A stretch of 64,000 nt of DNA from assembly GCA_044070495.1 (NCBI GenBank), contig JBIPSI010000006.1:1-64000 (forward strand), written 5' to 3'. Source of the stretch: Spirulina sp. (GTDB lineage: Bacteria; Cyanobacteriota; Cyanobacteriia; Phormidesmidales; Phormidesmidaceae). The notes under the pieces are model-generated. The model was given only the letters and a program-made list of their open reading frames with translations. It was not told the origin of the DNA and did not search any database. The stretch's first letter is position 1. Every line of letters begins with the position of its first letter. Of this stretch, positions 50,316 through 59,121 are shown one piece after another. A program made the translations under genes and the position numbers.

Positions 50316-51833
50316 CTACGCCAGAGCCAGTTCCTTTTCGGGTTCTGTGCCATCGGCAATGCCGACGGCGTTGGCTTCTCGGAACATGTGGTTGGCCCAC
50401 TGTTGTACGTCGTAGCGGGTGATGGCGGCGTGAAGTTTCTGCATCCGGCGGCGCTGTTCTTCGGGGGACATGGCCAGGGCTTGGTTGATACAGTCGTCCA
50501 TATTCTTGTCAGAATAGGGGTTGGTGAGGATGGCTTCGGGCAGTTCCACCGCCGATCCGGTGAATTCCGACAGCACTAGCACCCCATCTTCTCCGTCGTG
50601 GGCGGCGATGTATTCCTTGGCCACCAGGTTAAGGCCATCGCGCAGGGGCGGAATCCAGGCAATGTCAGCGGCCTTGTATAGCGCCATCAAATCATCAAAG
50701 GGAATTGGCTCCGTGAAGAGGGAAATGGGGTTCCAAGTAAGGGTGGAATATTTGCCGTTAATTTGCCCCACCAATTGCTCAATTTCGCTTTGGGCGGTTT
50801 TGTAAACCCGCATTCCGGCAGCGGCCTTCACAGCGGTCATAATCAGGTTCACTTTGCCACGCATTTCGGGCCGACGCTCTAGCAAGCGTTCGTAGCAGAG
50901 CAGCATTTCCTTTGCGCCCTTTACATAGTCCACCCGACCAGCGGAAACAATCAGTTTGTTATCGCCAATATCGGCGCGAATTTGGGCAATGCGTTCCTTT
51001 ACCGAGGGCTTATTGACCATTTCGTAGATGTAGCCGGGATTCGTGCCCACCGGGAAGGCATCCACATTAACGGTGCGGCCCTGGTACTCCAATTTAGTCG
51101 TCATATCCGGCTCAGAAAGAGCGGTACCAAAGGGGGTAAAGGCTTCGGGGACGGGCTTGCGTTCCACCAGTTTTACATCGCGCAAACTGCGGGCAGCAGA
51201 TACAAAATTTTCCACATAGCGGGGGATATGAAAACCGCAAAGATCGCAGCACAGTAGGCTATCCACAATCGCCTCACGCCAATGCAGAATGTTGAACACA
51301 TCCGCCGCCGGAAAGGGCGTGTGGTGGAAAAAGGCAATTTTCACATTGGGCATCTTCTGCCGAATGTAATAGGGCGTGAGCCACAGGTTGTAGTCGTGAA
51401 TCCAAATTAGCGCATCATCAGCCGCTTCTTCGCAGGCCGCTTCAGCAAATAGCTTATTGATGTGCTGGAAATTCTCCCAATCTGAACTTTCGTAGGTGAA
51501 GTGGGAGGGAAAGGAATGCAGAATCGGCCAGATCGATTCTTTAGCCGTAATGTAGTAGAAATCCTTAACCCGTTCAGCGTTTAGGGGAATCCGGCGGATG
51601 ACGGCATTATCACTCCAGCCCTCCATCGTCACCCGGTCTTCAAAGTTATCTTCTTGCCCTGGCTTTACCTGTTTCCAAGCCACCCATGTACTGCTGTCGG
51701 CATTGGCAAAGAAACTTTTTAGCGTCGGCACAATGCCGTTAGGGCTTTTCTTTTCCCGGTAATAGGTCTTGCCATTCTCCACCACCTCATCGTAGGGTTC
51801 GCGGTGATAAAGAATGACCAAAGAGGATTTCAT
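50316..51833 (-). CDS. ggpS: glucosylglycerol-phosphate synthase
   Basis: MKSSLVILYHREPYDEV...KSPNGI; GT20 motifs WIHDYNL, FHHTPFP, RDGLNLVAKE. Start ATG 51833. Confidence 0.93.
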   Translation of the reverse strand: MKSSLVILYHREPYDEVVENGKTYYREKKSPNGIVPTLKSFFANADSSTWVAWKQVKPGQEDNFEDRVTMEGWSDNAVIRRIPLNAERVKDFYYITAKESIWPILHSFPSHFTYESSDWENFQHINKLFAEAACEEAADDALIWIHDYNLWLTPYYIRQKMPNVKIAFFHHTPFPAADVFNILHWREAIVDSLLCCDLCGFHIPRYVENFVSAARSLRDVKLVERKPVPEAFTPFGTALSEPDMTTKLEYQGRTVNVDAFPVGTNPGYIYEMVNKPSVKERIAQIRADIGDNKLIVSAGRVDYVKGAKEMLLCYERLLERRPEMRGKVNLIMTAVKAAAGMRVYKTAQSEIEQLVGQINGKYSTLTWNPISLFTEPIPFDDLMALYKAADIAWIPPLRDGLNLVAKEYIAAHDGEDGVLVLSEFTGSAVELPEAILTNPYSDKNMDDCINQALAMSPEEQRRRMQKLHAAITRYDVQQWANHMFREANAVGIADGTEPEKELALA

Positions 51834-51953
51834 GATGTTCACTCCGCTGTAGAACGGGTTGTCGTGTACCGCTATACACCTTAGGTCATTGGACTGAGCC
51901 TGCCATCTGCCAGGGGATGGATTTAGAGGCCGCACCATTCAGGAAAGCGACTA

Positions 51954-51979
51954 CAATTATATCAGATCTGATATAATTG
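51954..51979. promoter_or_regulatory. perfect 26-bp palindromic operator containing TGaTATAAT on both strands
   Basis: CAATTATATCAGA|TCTGATATAATTG. Confidence 0.8.
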
Positions 51980-51983
51980 AACC

Positions 51984-52325
51984 ATAGGATATCCAGATAA
52001 ACCTCTAGCTTGGCTGCACAGCGAGGTGAAGACGCCTCCTTTCAGCCAGGAAGCACGGATAGAAACAGGGATTTTGCTGAGGCGGCTACAGAAAGGCGTA
52101 ACCCTTGGGTTGCCCCATTCGCGACCGATGCCCGGTATCGGTGTCCGTTGCCATGAAATCCGTGTCCGGGATGCGGATAAAAACTGGCGAATCATTTACC
52201 GGGTTGATGATGATGCCATTGTGATCGTCAGTGTCTTTAATAAAACCACGAAAACCACACCCAAAAATATTATTGAAATTTGCAAGAAGCGTTTACGTCA
52301 ATACGATTCTGATCAACAGGAATGA
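51984..52325 (+). CDS. RelE/HigB (Gp49-like) toxin with apparent non-canonical ATA start
   Basis: Frame reads IGYPDKPLAWLHSEVKTPPFS...LPHSRPMP.IG..CHEIR...WRIIYR; first canonical start is GTG 52026. Confidence 0.8.
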   Translation: MGYPDKPLAWLHSEVKTPPFSQEARIETGILLRRLQKGVTLGLPHSRPMPGIGVRCHEIRVRDADKNWRIIYRVDDDAIVIVSVFNKTTKTTPKNIIEICKKRLRQYDSDQQE

Positions 52326-52329
52326 AATT

Positions 52330-52644
52330 ATGGAGCAAGCTAAGAAGGAAAGATTGGAATCTAAGGGCTGGAAAATTGGGACAGTCTCAGACTTTTTGGA
52401 GTTAACCCCAGAAGAAAATATCCTAGTAGAAATTAAGCTGGCCCTGAGTCGCAGCCTCAAGGAGCGTCGGCAAGAAACGATGACTCAATCTGAACTGGCA
52501 GCTAAAATTGGCTCTAGTCAGCCCCGAATTGCTAAGGCTGAAAATGGCGATGCCTCAGTTTCGACTGACCTATTAATTCGTGCCATGGTAGCCACAGGGG
52601 CAACGCCAGAGGACATTGGCCAGGTGATTGCCAGTGTCGGTTGA
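52330..52644 (+). CDS. XRE-HTH antitoxin (HigA-like)
   Basis: MEQAKKERLESKGWKIG...MTQSELAAKIGSSQPRIAKAE. Confidence 0.88.
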   Translation: MEQAKKERLESKGWKIGTVSDFLELTPEENILVEIKLALSRSLKERRQETMTQSELAAKIGSSQPRIAKAENGDASVSTDLLIRAMVATGATPEDIGQVIASVG

Positions 52645-52704
52645 CGATATTCAGCGGGCAGGCAACAGAACCTCTATCCATCAGGCTGAACAAAGTTTTA
52701 ATCT

Positions 52705-52858
52705 CAGTAGATCGCAAAGCCCTTGCCGCCCTCGCCCTAAATCCCTCTCCCTAAGGGAGAGGGACTTGGAAGACCGTTTCCGGCTCCCCTCTCCTCGTGG
52801 GAGAGGGGTTGGGGGTGAGGGTTAGATCGTGGCTGAATAGCACGTTTGGGATCTACTG
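52705..52858. mobile_element. MITE, 154 bp, carrying a REP-like double hairpin
   Basis: TIRs CAGTAGATCGCAAA / TTTGGGATCTACTG (13/14); perfect 5-bp duplication AATCT at 52700-52704 and 52859-52863. Confidence 0.8.
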
Positions 52859-52869
52859 AATCTAGCTGA

Positions 52870-53793
52870 TCAAGGGTCAATGGTGGGCTGCGAACTCACC
52901 CAAAGGATCGATTTCACCGGACGCTGCACCCATTCCCCTGTTTGGTTGAGGCGTCCGTAGTGGGTGGTGCCCTCGGCCATTAGGGTAGACGAACTACCGC
53001 CATCGAGGTTGAGGGCTTGCACGACGCCACGCTCGGCCATCAGGGCGGCTAAGTCTGGCAAACTCAGCCCCGACGGAGACACCCCCGGCACCTGGGCCAC
53101 CATCGCCAGCACCACGGCTCCATGGGCGGTTAGCCCCACGGCGGATCGGGCGTTGGCGGACTGGCTACCGATGGCGTCGCGGCCCGTGGCGGGGTCGAGA
53201 AACCCTTCTTCGATGGCGGTACTTTCGGGCAAGATCTGAGGCCCAGCCCCCACGGATTCCGCTAGGGCACAGCCAGCCGGGATGGGATCTTGGTGAAAGG
53301 TGATGGCGTAGCTGGGCATTCCATCGCAGGTGTAGCGGCGAAACTCGGAGCGATTGAGGATGTTGTCTAGATAGCTGGCCAGGTCTGGATTGCCCACCAG
53401 ACGTTCATTTTGGCGAGGATCGGCCACCAACTTACCGTCCATGACCACCGCCGAGGTGGTGAGGCCATTGTTGGGGTCGAAAAAGCCCGCATTGATCGCC
53501 GCCGCACAGCCTTCGGTGCCACAGACCTGATCGGCCATGGCCTCCACCGGGGTCAGACTTTCCGTGACGGCCACCCGCACGGGATAGCGCACCGGATCGG
53601 GAATGGTGACCCAATGCACTGTGGCCGAGGGTAGGCTCAGGGTTTCGTAGGTGGGCGAAGGCGAGGGCAGCACCTCCGAAGCCGTCGTGGCATCTGTGTC
53701 AGCAGGGGGGCTACAGGCGACGAGTCCTAGAACCGCTATCGCCAAACATCGACCGAAGGGCCTAGAGAGCCATGGCAAGACGAGTATGGGCAT
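52870..53793 (-). CDS. phosphodiester glycosidase (NAGPA-like) lipoprotein
   Basis: Lipobox LVAC; AINAGFFD, ARSAVG, ALNLDGGSS. Confidence 0.85.
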   Translation of the reverse strand: MPILVLPWLSRPFGRCLAIAVLGLVACSPPADTDATTASEVLPSPSPTYETLSLPSATVHWVTIPDPVRYPVRVAVTESLTPVEAMADQVCGTEGCAAAINAGFFDPNNGLTTSAVVMDGKLVADPRQNERLVGNPDLASYLDNILNRSEFRRYTCDGMPSYAITFHQDPIPAGCALAESVGAGPQILPESTAIEEGFLDPATGRDAIGSQSANARSAVGLTAHGAVVLAMVAQVPGVSPSGLSLPDLAALMAERGVVQALNLDGGSSSTLMAEGTTHYGRLNQTGEWVQRPVKSILWVSSQPTIDP

Positions 53794-53870
53794 GGTGGGT
53801 ATTGCGTTGACCTGGCCTGATTGTAGGTGAGCTGTGGTGCCCTGACACCAGGGGATGGTGTGCGGTTTGG

Positions 53871-54254
53871 CTAAAGGGATACCGTCGAGTCGGTGGCTTC
53901 GGCGGCGGCAATGGTTTCGAGGGCGGCCTCAATCACATCCATTGAGGGTTGCCAGCGGTAGCGCTTCAGATCAATGCGGCCCTTGGCGTCAAACTCAATG
54001 CCCTCGTCTTCTAGGATGACCCGCTGAAGGTCGTCGGTGCCGTTGCGAAAGGGTGATTGGGATACTTCCCCCTTGGCGTTGATCACCCGCTGCCAGGGTA
54101 CCTCGTCCTTGTCCATATCCACCCGATAGAGGGCATAGCCTACTAGTCGCGGTTTGCCGAAGAGTCCTGCCAGTTCTGCGACTTGGCCATAGGTGGCGAC
54201 TTGTCCGGGGGGAATTTGTCTCACAATGGCGTAAATGCGCTCATAGGTCAGCAT
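53871..54254 (-). CDS. alkyltransferase-like (ATL/YbaZ) protein, MGMT family
   Basis: IPPGQVATYGQVA...R.VG..; PWQRV in place of PCHRV. Confidence 0.9.
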   Translation of the reverse strand: MLTYERIYAIVRQIPPGQVATYGQVAELAGLFGKPRLVGYALYRVDMDKDEVPWQRVINAKGEVSQSPFRNGTDDLQRVILEDEGIEFDAKGRIDLKRYRWQPSMDVIEAALETIAAAEATDSTVSL

Positions 54255-54348
54255 GGCAGGTAAGTCCTTGAATTCATGGCTAACCCCGCTCCACCGGGGA
54301 GAGGGCAGAGAGACCTCGCGCATCGTGGGCTATCTCCATGGCAGACGC

Positions 54349-56496
54349 TTACTGGAAGCACTGTTGGCAGCGCAGCACCACCACAGAAAAATCCGCCAGG
54401 GTGACGACTTCATCGGGGATGTAGCTGTGGGCATCCTCCACAAAGCCTGTGTCCTTTTGGGTGTCGAGCACTAGCGTCCAAGTGCGTTGTTTGAGGGTGG
54501 GGGGAATGTGAAATTCTTGGGCGTTGGGCTGGGCATTGAACATCAGCAGAAAGCTATCGTCCACCACGCGCTTCCCTTGGGGATTGGGGGCCATCAGTTC
54601 GGCACCGTTGAAAAAGACGCAGATGGCCTTGACGGATCCATCGTGCCACTGTTCCTCGGTAATTTCCTGGCCGCTGGGGTTATACCAGCCGATATCGTGG
54701 ATGCCGGAGCCGTGGATGGCTCGGCCCTGGAACCAGTGGCGGCGGGAGAGGTTGGGGTGCTGGCGGCGAAGCTGGATTAGGCGACGGGTGAACGCTAAAA
54801 GCTGCTGATTTTCTGGCGTGAGATGCCAGTTGTACCAGGAGATTTTGCTGTCTTGGCAGTAGGAGTTGTTGTTGCCGCCCTGGGTGCGCCCCAATTCGTC
54901 GCCCCCCAATAGCATGGGCACGCCTTGGGAAAGCAGCAGCGTCACCAACAAGTTGCGCTGTTGCCGCTGACGTAGGGCCAGGATTTCAGGATCGTCGGTG
55001 TCGCCCTCTGCGCCGCAGTTCCAGGAGCGGTTGTAGCTTTCGCCGTCGCGGTTGTCTTCTTGGTTGGCCTCGTTGTGCTTTTCGTTGTAGCTCACCAGAT
55101 CCCGCAGGGTAAAGCCGTCGTGGCAGGTGATGAAGTTGATACTGGCATGGGGGCGCTTGCCGTTGGCCTGGTAGAGGTCGGAACTGCCCGTAATCCGAAA
55201 GGCAAATTCCCCCAAACGACAGTCGTGATCGCGCCAAAAGTCTCGCAAAGAGTCGCGATATTTGCCGTTCCACTCTGACCACAGCAGCGGAAAGTTGCCC
55301 ACCTGATAGCCGCCTTCGCCAATGTCCCAGGGTTCGGCAATCAGCTTGGTGGTGGAGAGGACAGGGTCTTGGTGAATGATGTCGAAAAAGGCGGCGAGGC
55401 TGTCCACTTCGTAGAGTTCCCGCGCCAGGGCCGAGGCCAGGTCAAACCGGAAGCCATCGACGTGCATCTCCTGCACCCAGTAGCGCAGGCTGTCCATAAT
55501 CAGCTTTAGCACCTGGGGATGGCGCACGTTGAGGGAATTGCCGCAGCCCGTGAAGTCCATATAATATCGGGGGGCGTCCTCCACCAGGCGATAGTAGGCG
55601 GCGTTGTCAATGCCGCGCAGGGTCAGGGTTGGCCCCAGGTGGCTGCCCTCCCCCGTGTGGTTATACACCACGTCGAGGATGACCTCAATTCTGGCCTGGT
55701 GCAGCGCCTTCACCATATGCTTAAACTCGTTCACCTGCTGGCCTGCCGTTCCGGTGGAGCTATAGCCCGTGTAGGGGGCAAAGTAGTTCAGGGAATCGTA
55801 GCCCCAGTAGTTCCGCAATCCGGTTCCGGCTAGGTGCCCCGGAAAGGCGTGGAAATGGTGTACCGGGAGCAATTCAATGGCGGTGATGCCGAGGGACTTC
55901 AGGTAATCGATCATCACCGGATGGGCCAGCCCTGCGTAGGTGCCGCGTAGTTCCTCCGGCAGATCGGGGTGGCGCTGGGTGATGCCCTTCACATGGGCTT
56001 CGTAGATCACCGTGCGATGCCAGGGGGTGGCGGGGTGGCGGTCGTCGCCCCAATCAAAACTAGGGTCGATGACAATTCCCTTGGGCATGTAGGCGGCGCT
56101 GTCGGCGTCCGAGAAAGACAGATCCGTGTCCTCTTCGGCAATTTCCGCCATGTTGTAGCCAAAGGTGGCGGGATGCATCTGCACATCGCCGTCCAGGGCG
56201 CGGGCGTAGGGGTCGATCAATAATTTATGGGCGTTGAAGCGATGGCCCATGTCTGGATCGTAGGGGCCATGGACACGATAGCCGTAGCGTTGCCCCGGAT
56301 TCACCCCCGGCACATAGCCATGCCAAACGTAGTTTTCGACTTCCGTTAAGGAAAGTCGGGTTTCCTGGCCCCGGTCATCAAATAAGCACAGTTCAACGGC
56401 GGTGGCATTTTCGGAAAACAGCGCAAAGTTGGTACCTTGCCCGTCCCAGGTTGCGCCTAGGGGGTGGGGACGCCCAGGCCAGACTGTCATGGTCAT
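54349..56496 (-). CDS. glgX: glycogen debranching enzyme
   Basis: NYWGY, DVVYNH, DGFRFDLA, AEPWD, HDGFTL, QGGNNN.YCQD. Confidence 0.97.
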   Translation of the reverse strand: MTMTVWPGRPHPLGATWDGQGTNFALFSENATAVELCLFDDRGQETRLSLTEVENYVWHGYVPGVNPGQRYGYRVHGPYDPDMGHRFNAHKLLIDPYARALDGDVQMHPATFGYNMAEIAEEDTDLSFSDADSAAYMPKGIVIDPSFDWGDDRHPATPWHRTVIYEAHVKGITQRHPDLPEELRGTYAGLAHPVMIDYLKSLGITAIELLPVHHFHAFPGHLAGTGLRNYWGYDSLNYFAPYTGYSSTGTAGQQVNEFKHMVKALHQARIEVILDVVYNHTGEGSHLGPTLTLRGIDNAAYYRLVEDAPRYYMDFTGCGNSLNVRHPQVLKLIMDSLRYWVQEMHVDGFRFDLASALARELYEVDSLAAFFDIIHQDPVLSTTKLIAEPWDIGEGGYQVGNFPLLWSEWNGKYRDSLRDFWRDHDCRLGEFAFRITGSSDLYQANGKRPHASINFITCHDGFTLRDLVSYNEKHNEANQEDNRDGESYNRSWNCGAEGDTDDPEILALRQRQQRNLLVTLLLSQGVPMLLGGDELGRTQGGNNNSYCQDSKISWYNWHLTPENQQLLAFTRRLIQLRRQHPNLSRRHWFQGRAIHGSGIHDIGWYNPSGQEITEEQWHDGSVKAICVFFNGAELMAPNPQGKRVVDDSFLLMFNAQPNAQEFHIPPTLKQRTWTLVLDTQKDTGFVEDAHSYIPDEVVTLADFSVVVLRCQQCFQ

Positions 56497-56575
56497 GGTG
56501 CCACAGCGGGATAAACGGCTACGTTCAGCTTAACAGGCTTCCCCAATCTGGCCATCTAGGGTTATCGGGGTTCCA

Positions 56576-57394
56576 TCAAGACTGATGCGCTTGAATTTGT
56601 TCGGCGCTCCAAAAGCAACGATCCATGGGAAACCGTTGAAGGGTTTCCGCCACCAATTCCGGAAACTGTTCGGGTGAGGATTGCCGAAATCGACCCAGCA
56701 GGGCATAGCTCACTAACCCAAGGTATTCCCGAATGGCCAGAAAAGATCGCTCGTGGTGGGGCACCCAGTCGGCCCAGGGTTCCATACGGGGGATGACCTC
56801 AAAGCCATAGCCCTTAAACAGCAGCCAAGCTCGCAGCATGTGAGGCTGGTCGGTAATTAGGATGATGCGACGTGCCCCTTGGGAAACCAGAAAAGCGGTG
56901 GCCGATTCCGCCTCATGTTTGGTGGTTTTCACGCACACCGCCCCGGTAATCTGATCCGCAGATTGATGCGTCTGCTGAAGTTGCTCCCATACATGAACCG
57001 CTGCGATTCTTCCCATGACGAGCATTTGGGGAGCGCGTCCTGCCGACAGCATGGTAATGGCGGTGCGGTAGCGATCTCCCTCGGCCTCACGGGGGCGCGC
57101 CAAAACCACAATGGCATCGGCAGACTGGCCCTGATCTGCGGGCACAAATTGGGTTAAAAGGGCAGTGGCGGGCACCGAGAACAAGGGCGAAATCAGCAGC
57201 CAGTAGGCTCCGAGTAGCCCCAGTCCCGTGGCCACGAGTCGTCGTCGATAGCGCCTCCCCCCCGCAAATAGGGCAACGATGATCAAAACACCGAGCGTCA
57301 GGGTCATGAGTTTGGCGCTAGCCAAGTAGGTGTAGATTCCCCAGGAAAATTTTGGCCAGTAGGAGCCAACCAAGGCTCGCAGCATTTCTACCAT
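56576..57394 (-). CDS. YdcF/DUF218 family membrane protein
   Basis: TM N-terminus; DAIVVL; IILITD..HMLRA; REYLGL. Confidence 0.8.
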   Translation of the reverse strand: MVEMLRALVGSYWPKFSWGIYTYLASAKLMTLTLGVLIIVALFAGGRRYRRRLVATGLGLLGAYWLLISPLFSVPATALLTQFVPADQGQSADAIVVLARPREAEGDRYRTAITMLSAGRAPQMLVMGRIAAVHVWEQLQQTHQSADQITGAVCVKTTKHEAESATAFLVSQGARRIILITDQPHMLRAWLLFKGYGFEVIPRMEPWADWVPHHERSFLAIREYLGLVSYALLGRFRQSSPEQFPELVAETLQRFPMDRCFWSAEQIQAHQS

Positions 57395-57677
57395 AGTGGA
57401 TGCCCCATACTTTGAGCAGGCAATAACCGTTCACAGCCTGCAACCGTTTTTCCATTTCAGTGTATTGACGGAGCTCTTCCAACCGAACAGGAGCCTAGGG
57501 AATGGCGAAAATTTTATGCAATGTTGAGTAAATGCTGAAGTTATTCCCTAAAACAACACTACCTAGGCAAATGTCCTAGGCAGCAAGAAAAAGACTAGGA
57601 TGAACCGGGCACAACAGGAATCCATGAAATTCGGCTAACAATTCATGCGGCTCACCATCCAATTGCCGGGGCTGGAC

Positions 57678-58061
57678 TTAATTTTCAGGGCTAGGCATGG
57701 CGGGGATAGCTTCCTGTTCAGCGGCTTCTAGGCCAGCCTGCTGACGCCGAATGGCTTCCTGTTGAAGGGCACGAAAGTTAGCCGCTTCAGTGCTCATGCG
57801 GTTTTGGTGCATCCGGCTAAAGTCGGACAAGCTCATTTCGTTCATCAACACGGCCCGATGAATCAGGTCAAAGGGCGAATTGGTATTGCCGCCAAAGGGA
57901 CTCTCGCTGCTTTCGTTGCTGCCAAAGCCCTCATTGGGATTCACCACCACGGGCGCGGTGGGGTCGCTGGTGGGGGTGGGGGATTGAGCCAAGGCACCGG
58001 GAGCCGCCAACAGGACGGCAACTAGACCCAGGCCAGCGGCCAAAGGATGTCGATTAGCCAT
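57678..58061 (-). CDS. secreted hypothetical protein
   Basis: AAGGAGG RBS; signal peptide ending ALA-Q; PFDLIHRA motif. Confidence 0.7.
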   Translation of the reverse strand: MANRHPLAAGLGLVAVLLAAPGALAQSPTPTSDPTAPVVVNPNEGFGSNESSESPFGGNTNSPFDLIHRAVLMNEMSLSDFSRMHQNRMSTEAANFRALQQEAIRRQQAGLEAAEQEAIPAMPSPEN

Positions 58062-58182
58062 AGAAAGCCTCCTTAACACCATCACTGTCATTAGACGAAC
58101 ATGGTTCCTCGTCTGTTCCAAACTATAGCAAATCTCTCCTAGAAGACATCAGACCGCTAACCAATGCGGGGGTAGCCCAGAC

Positions 58183-59109
58183 CTAGGCCATGCGGCGGCG
58201 CAGGAGGGGCTGAATTATCCCTAGGGCCAAGCCACAAAACGCCACCAACACCACCAAGGCTACCCCTAGGGACACATCCCAGAAGGGTGTATTCAGTACT
58301 GTGCTACCCAAGCTCCAATCGGGGTGGAGATAGACGTAGCGGATAGGCTCGATGGCGTAGGTCAGCGGATTCAGGCTGGCCACCACCTGGAGCCAATCGG
58401 GCATGAAATCCAGCGGTACCAGGGCGGTGCTGGAAAAGAGCAAGGGCAGGTTGGTGACGAAAATGACGGCCAACAACTCAATATGGCCTGGCAGGGCAAA
58501 GGTAAGGCCCAGGCTGAGGGCGGTGACACCGAGCACGAGGGTCATGACGATAAATAGCACCAGGACAAGGCCCAAACCCTGGGGTAATCCGGCCCCCAGC
58601 AAGGCGCTGAGGCCCAAAATCGCGGCGGTTTGCACCAGGCTAAGGGCCGCAATAAAGATGGCCGAGGCCAGCACGATGGAATAACGAGAGGCCAGGGGAG
58701 CCACCAGGAAACGGTTCAAAAAGCCAAACTCCCGGTCGAACATAACGGGCAGGCCGGCATTGAGGGCACCGCCAAAGGCCGTAAACACCAGGATGCCTGC
58801 CCCTAGAAACTGGCCGTAGTTGCGGCTTTCCCCAAATAGTCCAGCGGGGACATTTTGAAACAAGGCCCCAAAAAGCACCAGCCAAATCAGCGGCTGAATG
58901 ATGCCTGCCACTAGGGTGGCAGGGCGACGCTGAAGTTGCAGGAACAGTCGGCGGGCCATGGCTAGGGTTTCTTGGAGAAAAGCCCCAGAAAACAGACCGG
59001 GATCGGCCTCGGCTTGGGCTTGACGGTCTTTCCACGCCTGAAGATCGCTGTTGTCGAGGGGCTTAGCGCCATTAAGGGCTGTGGATCGGTTCGGTAAGGT
59101 GGTGCTCAT
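58183..59109 (-). CDS. ABC-2 type transporter permease
   Basis: QPLIWLVLFG, FDREFGFL, LNPLTYAIE; 6 TM segments. Confidence 0.92.
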   Translation of the reverse strand: MSTTLPNRSTALNGAKPLDNSDLQAWKDRQAQAEADPGLFSGAFLQETLAMARRLFLQLQRRPATLVAGIIQPLIWLVLFGALFQNVPAGLFGESRNYGQFLGAGILVFTAFGGALNAGLPVMFDREFGFLNRFLVAPLASRYSIVLASAIFIAALSLVQTAAILGLSALLGAGLPQGLGLVLVLFIVMTLVLGVTALSLGLTFALPGHIELLAVIFVTNLPLLFSSTALVPLDFMPDWLQVVASLNPLTYAIEPIRYVYLHPDWSLGSTVLNTPFWDVSLGVALVVLVAFCGLALGIIQPLLRRRMA

Positions 59110-59121
59110 GGTGTTTGCCTC

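Noticed and set aside
52628..52825. 65-aa ORF ending LPSPRGRGVGGEG
   Set aside because: Translation of the MITE/REP hairpin, a common spurious call.
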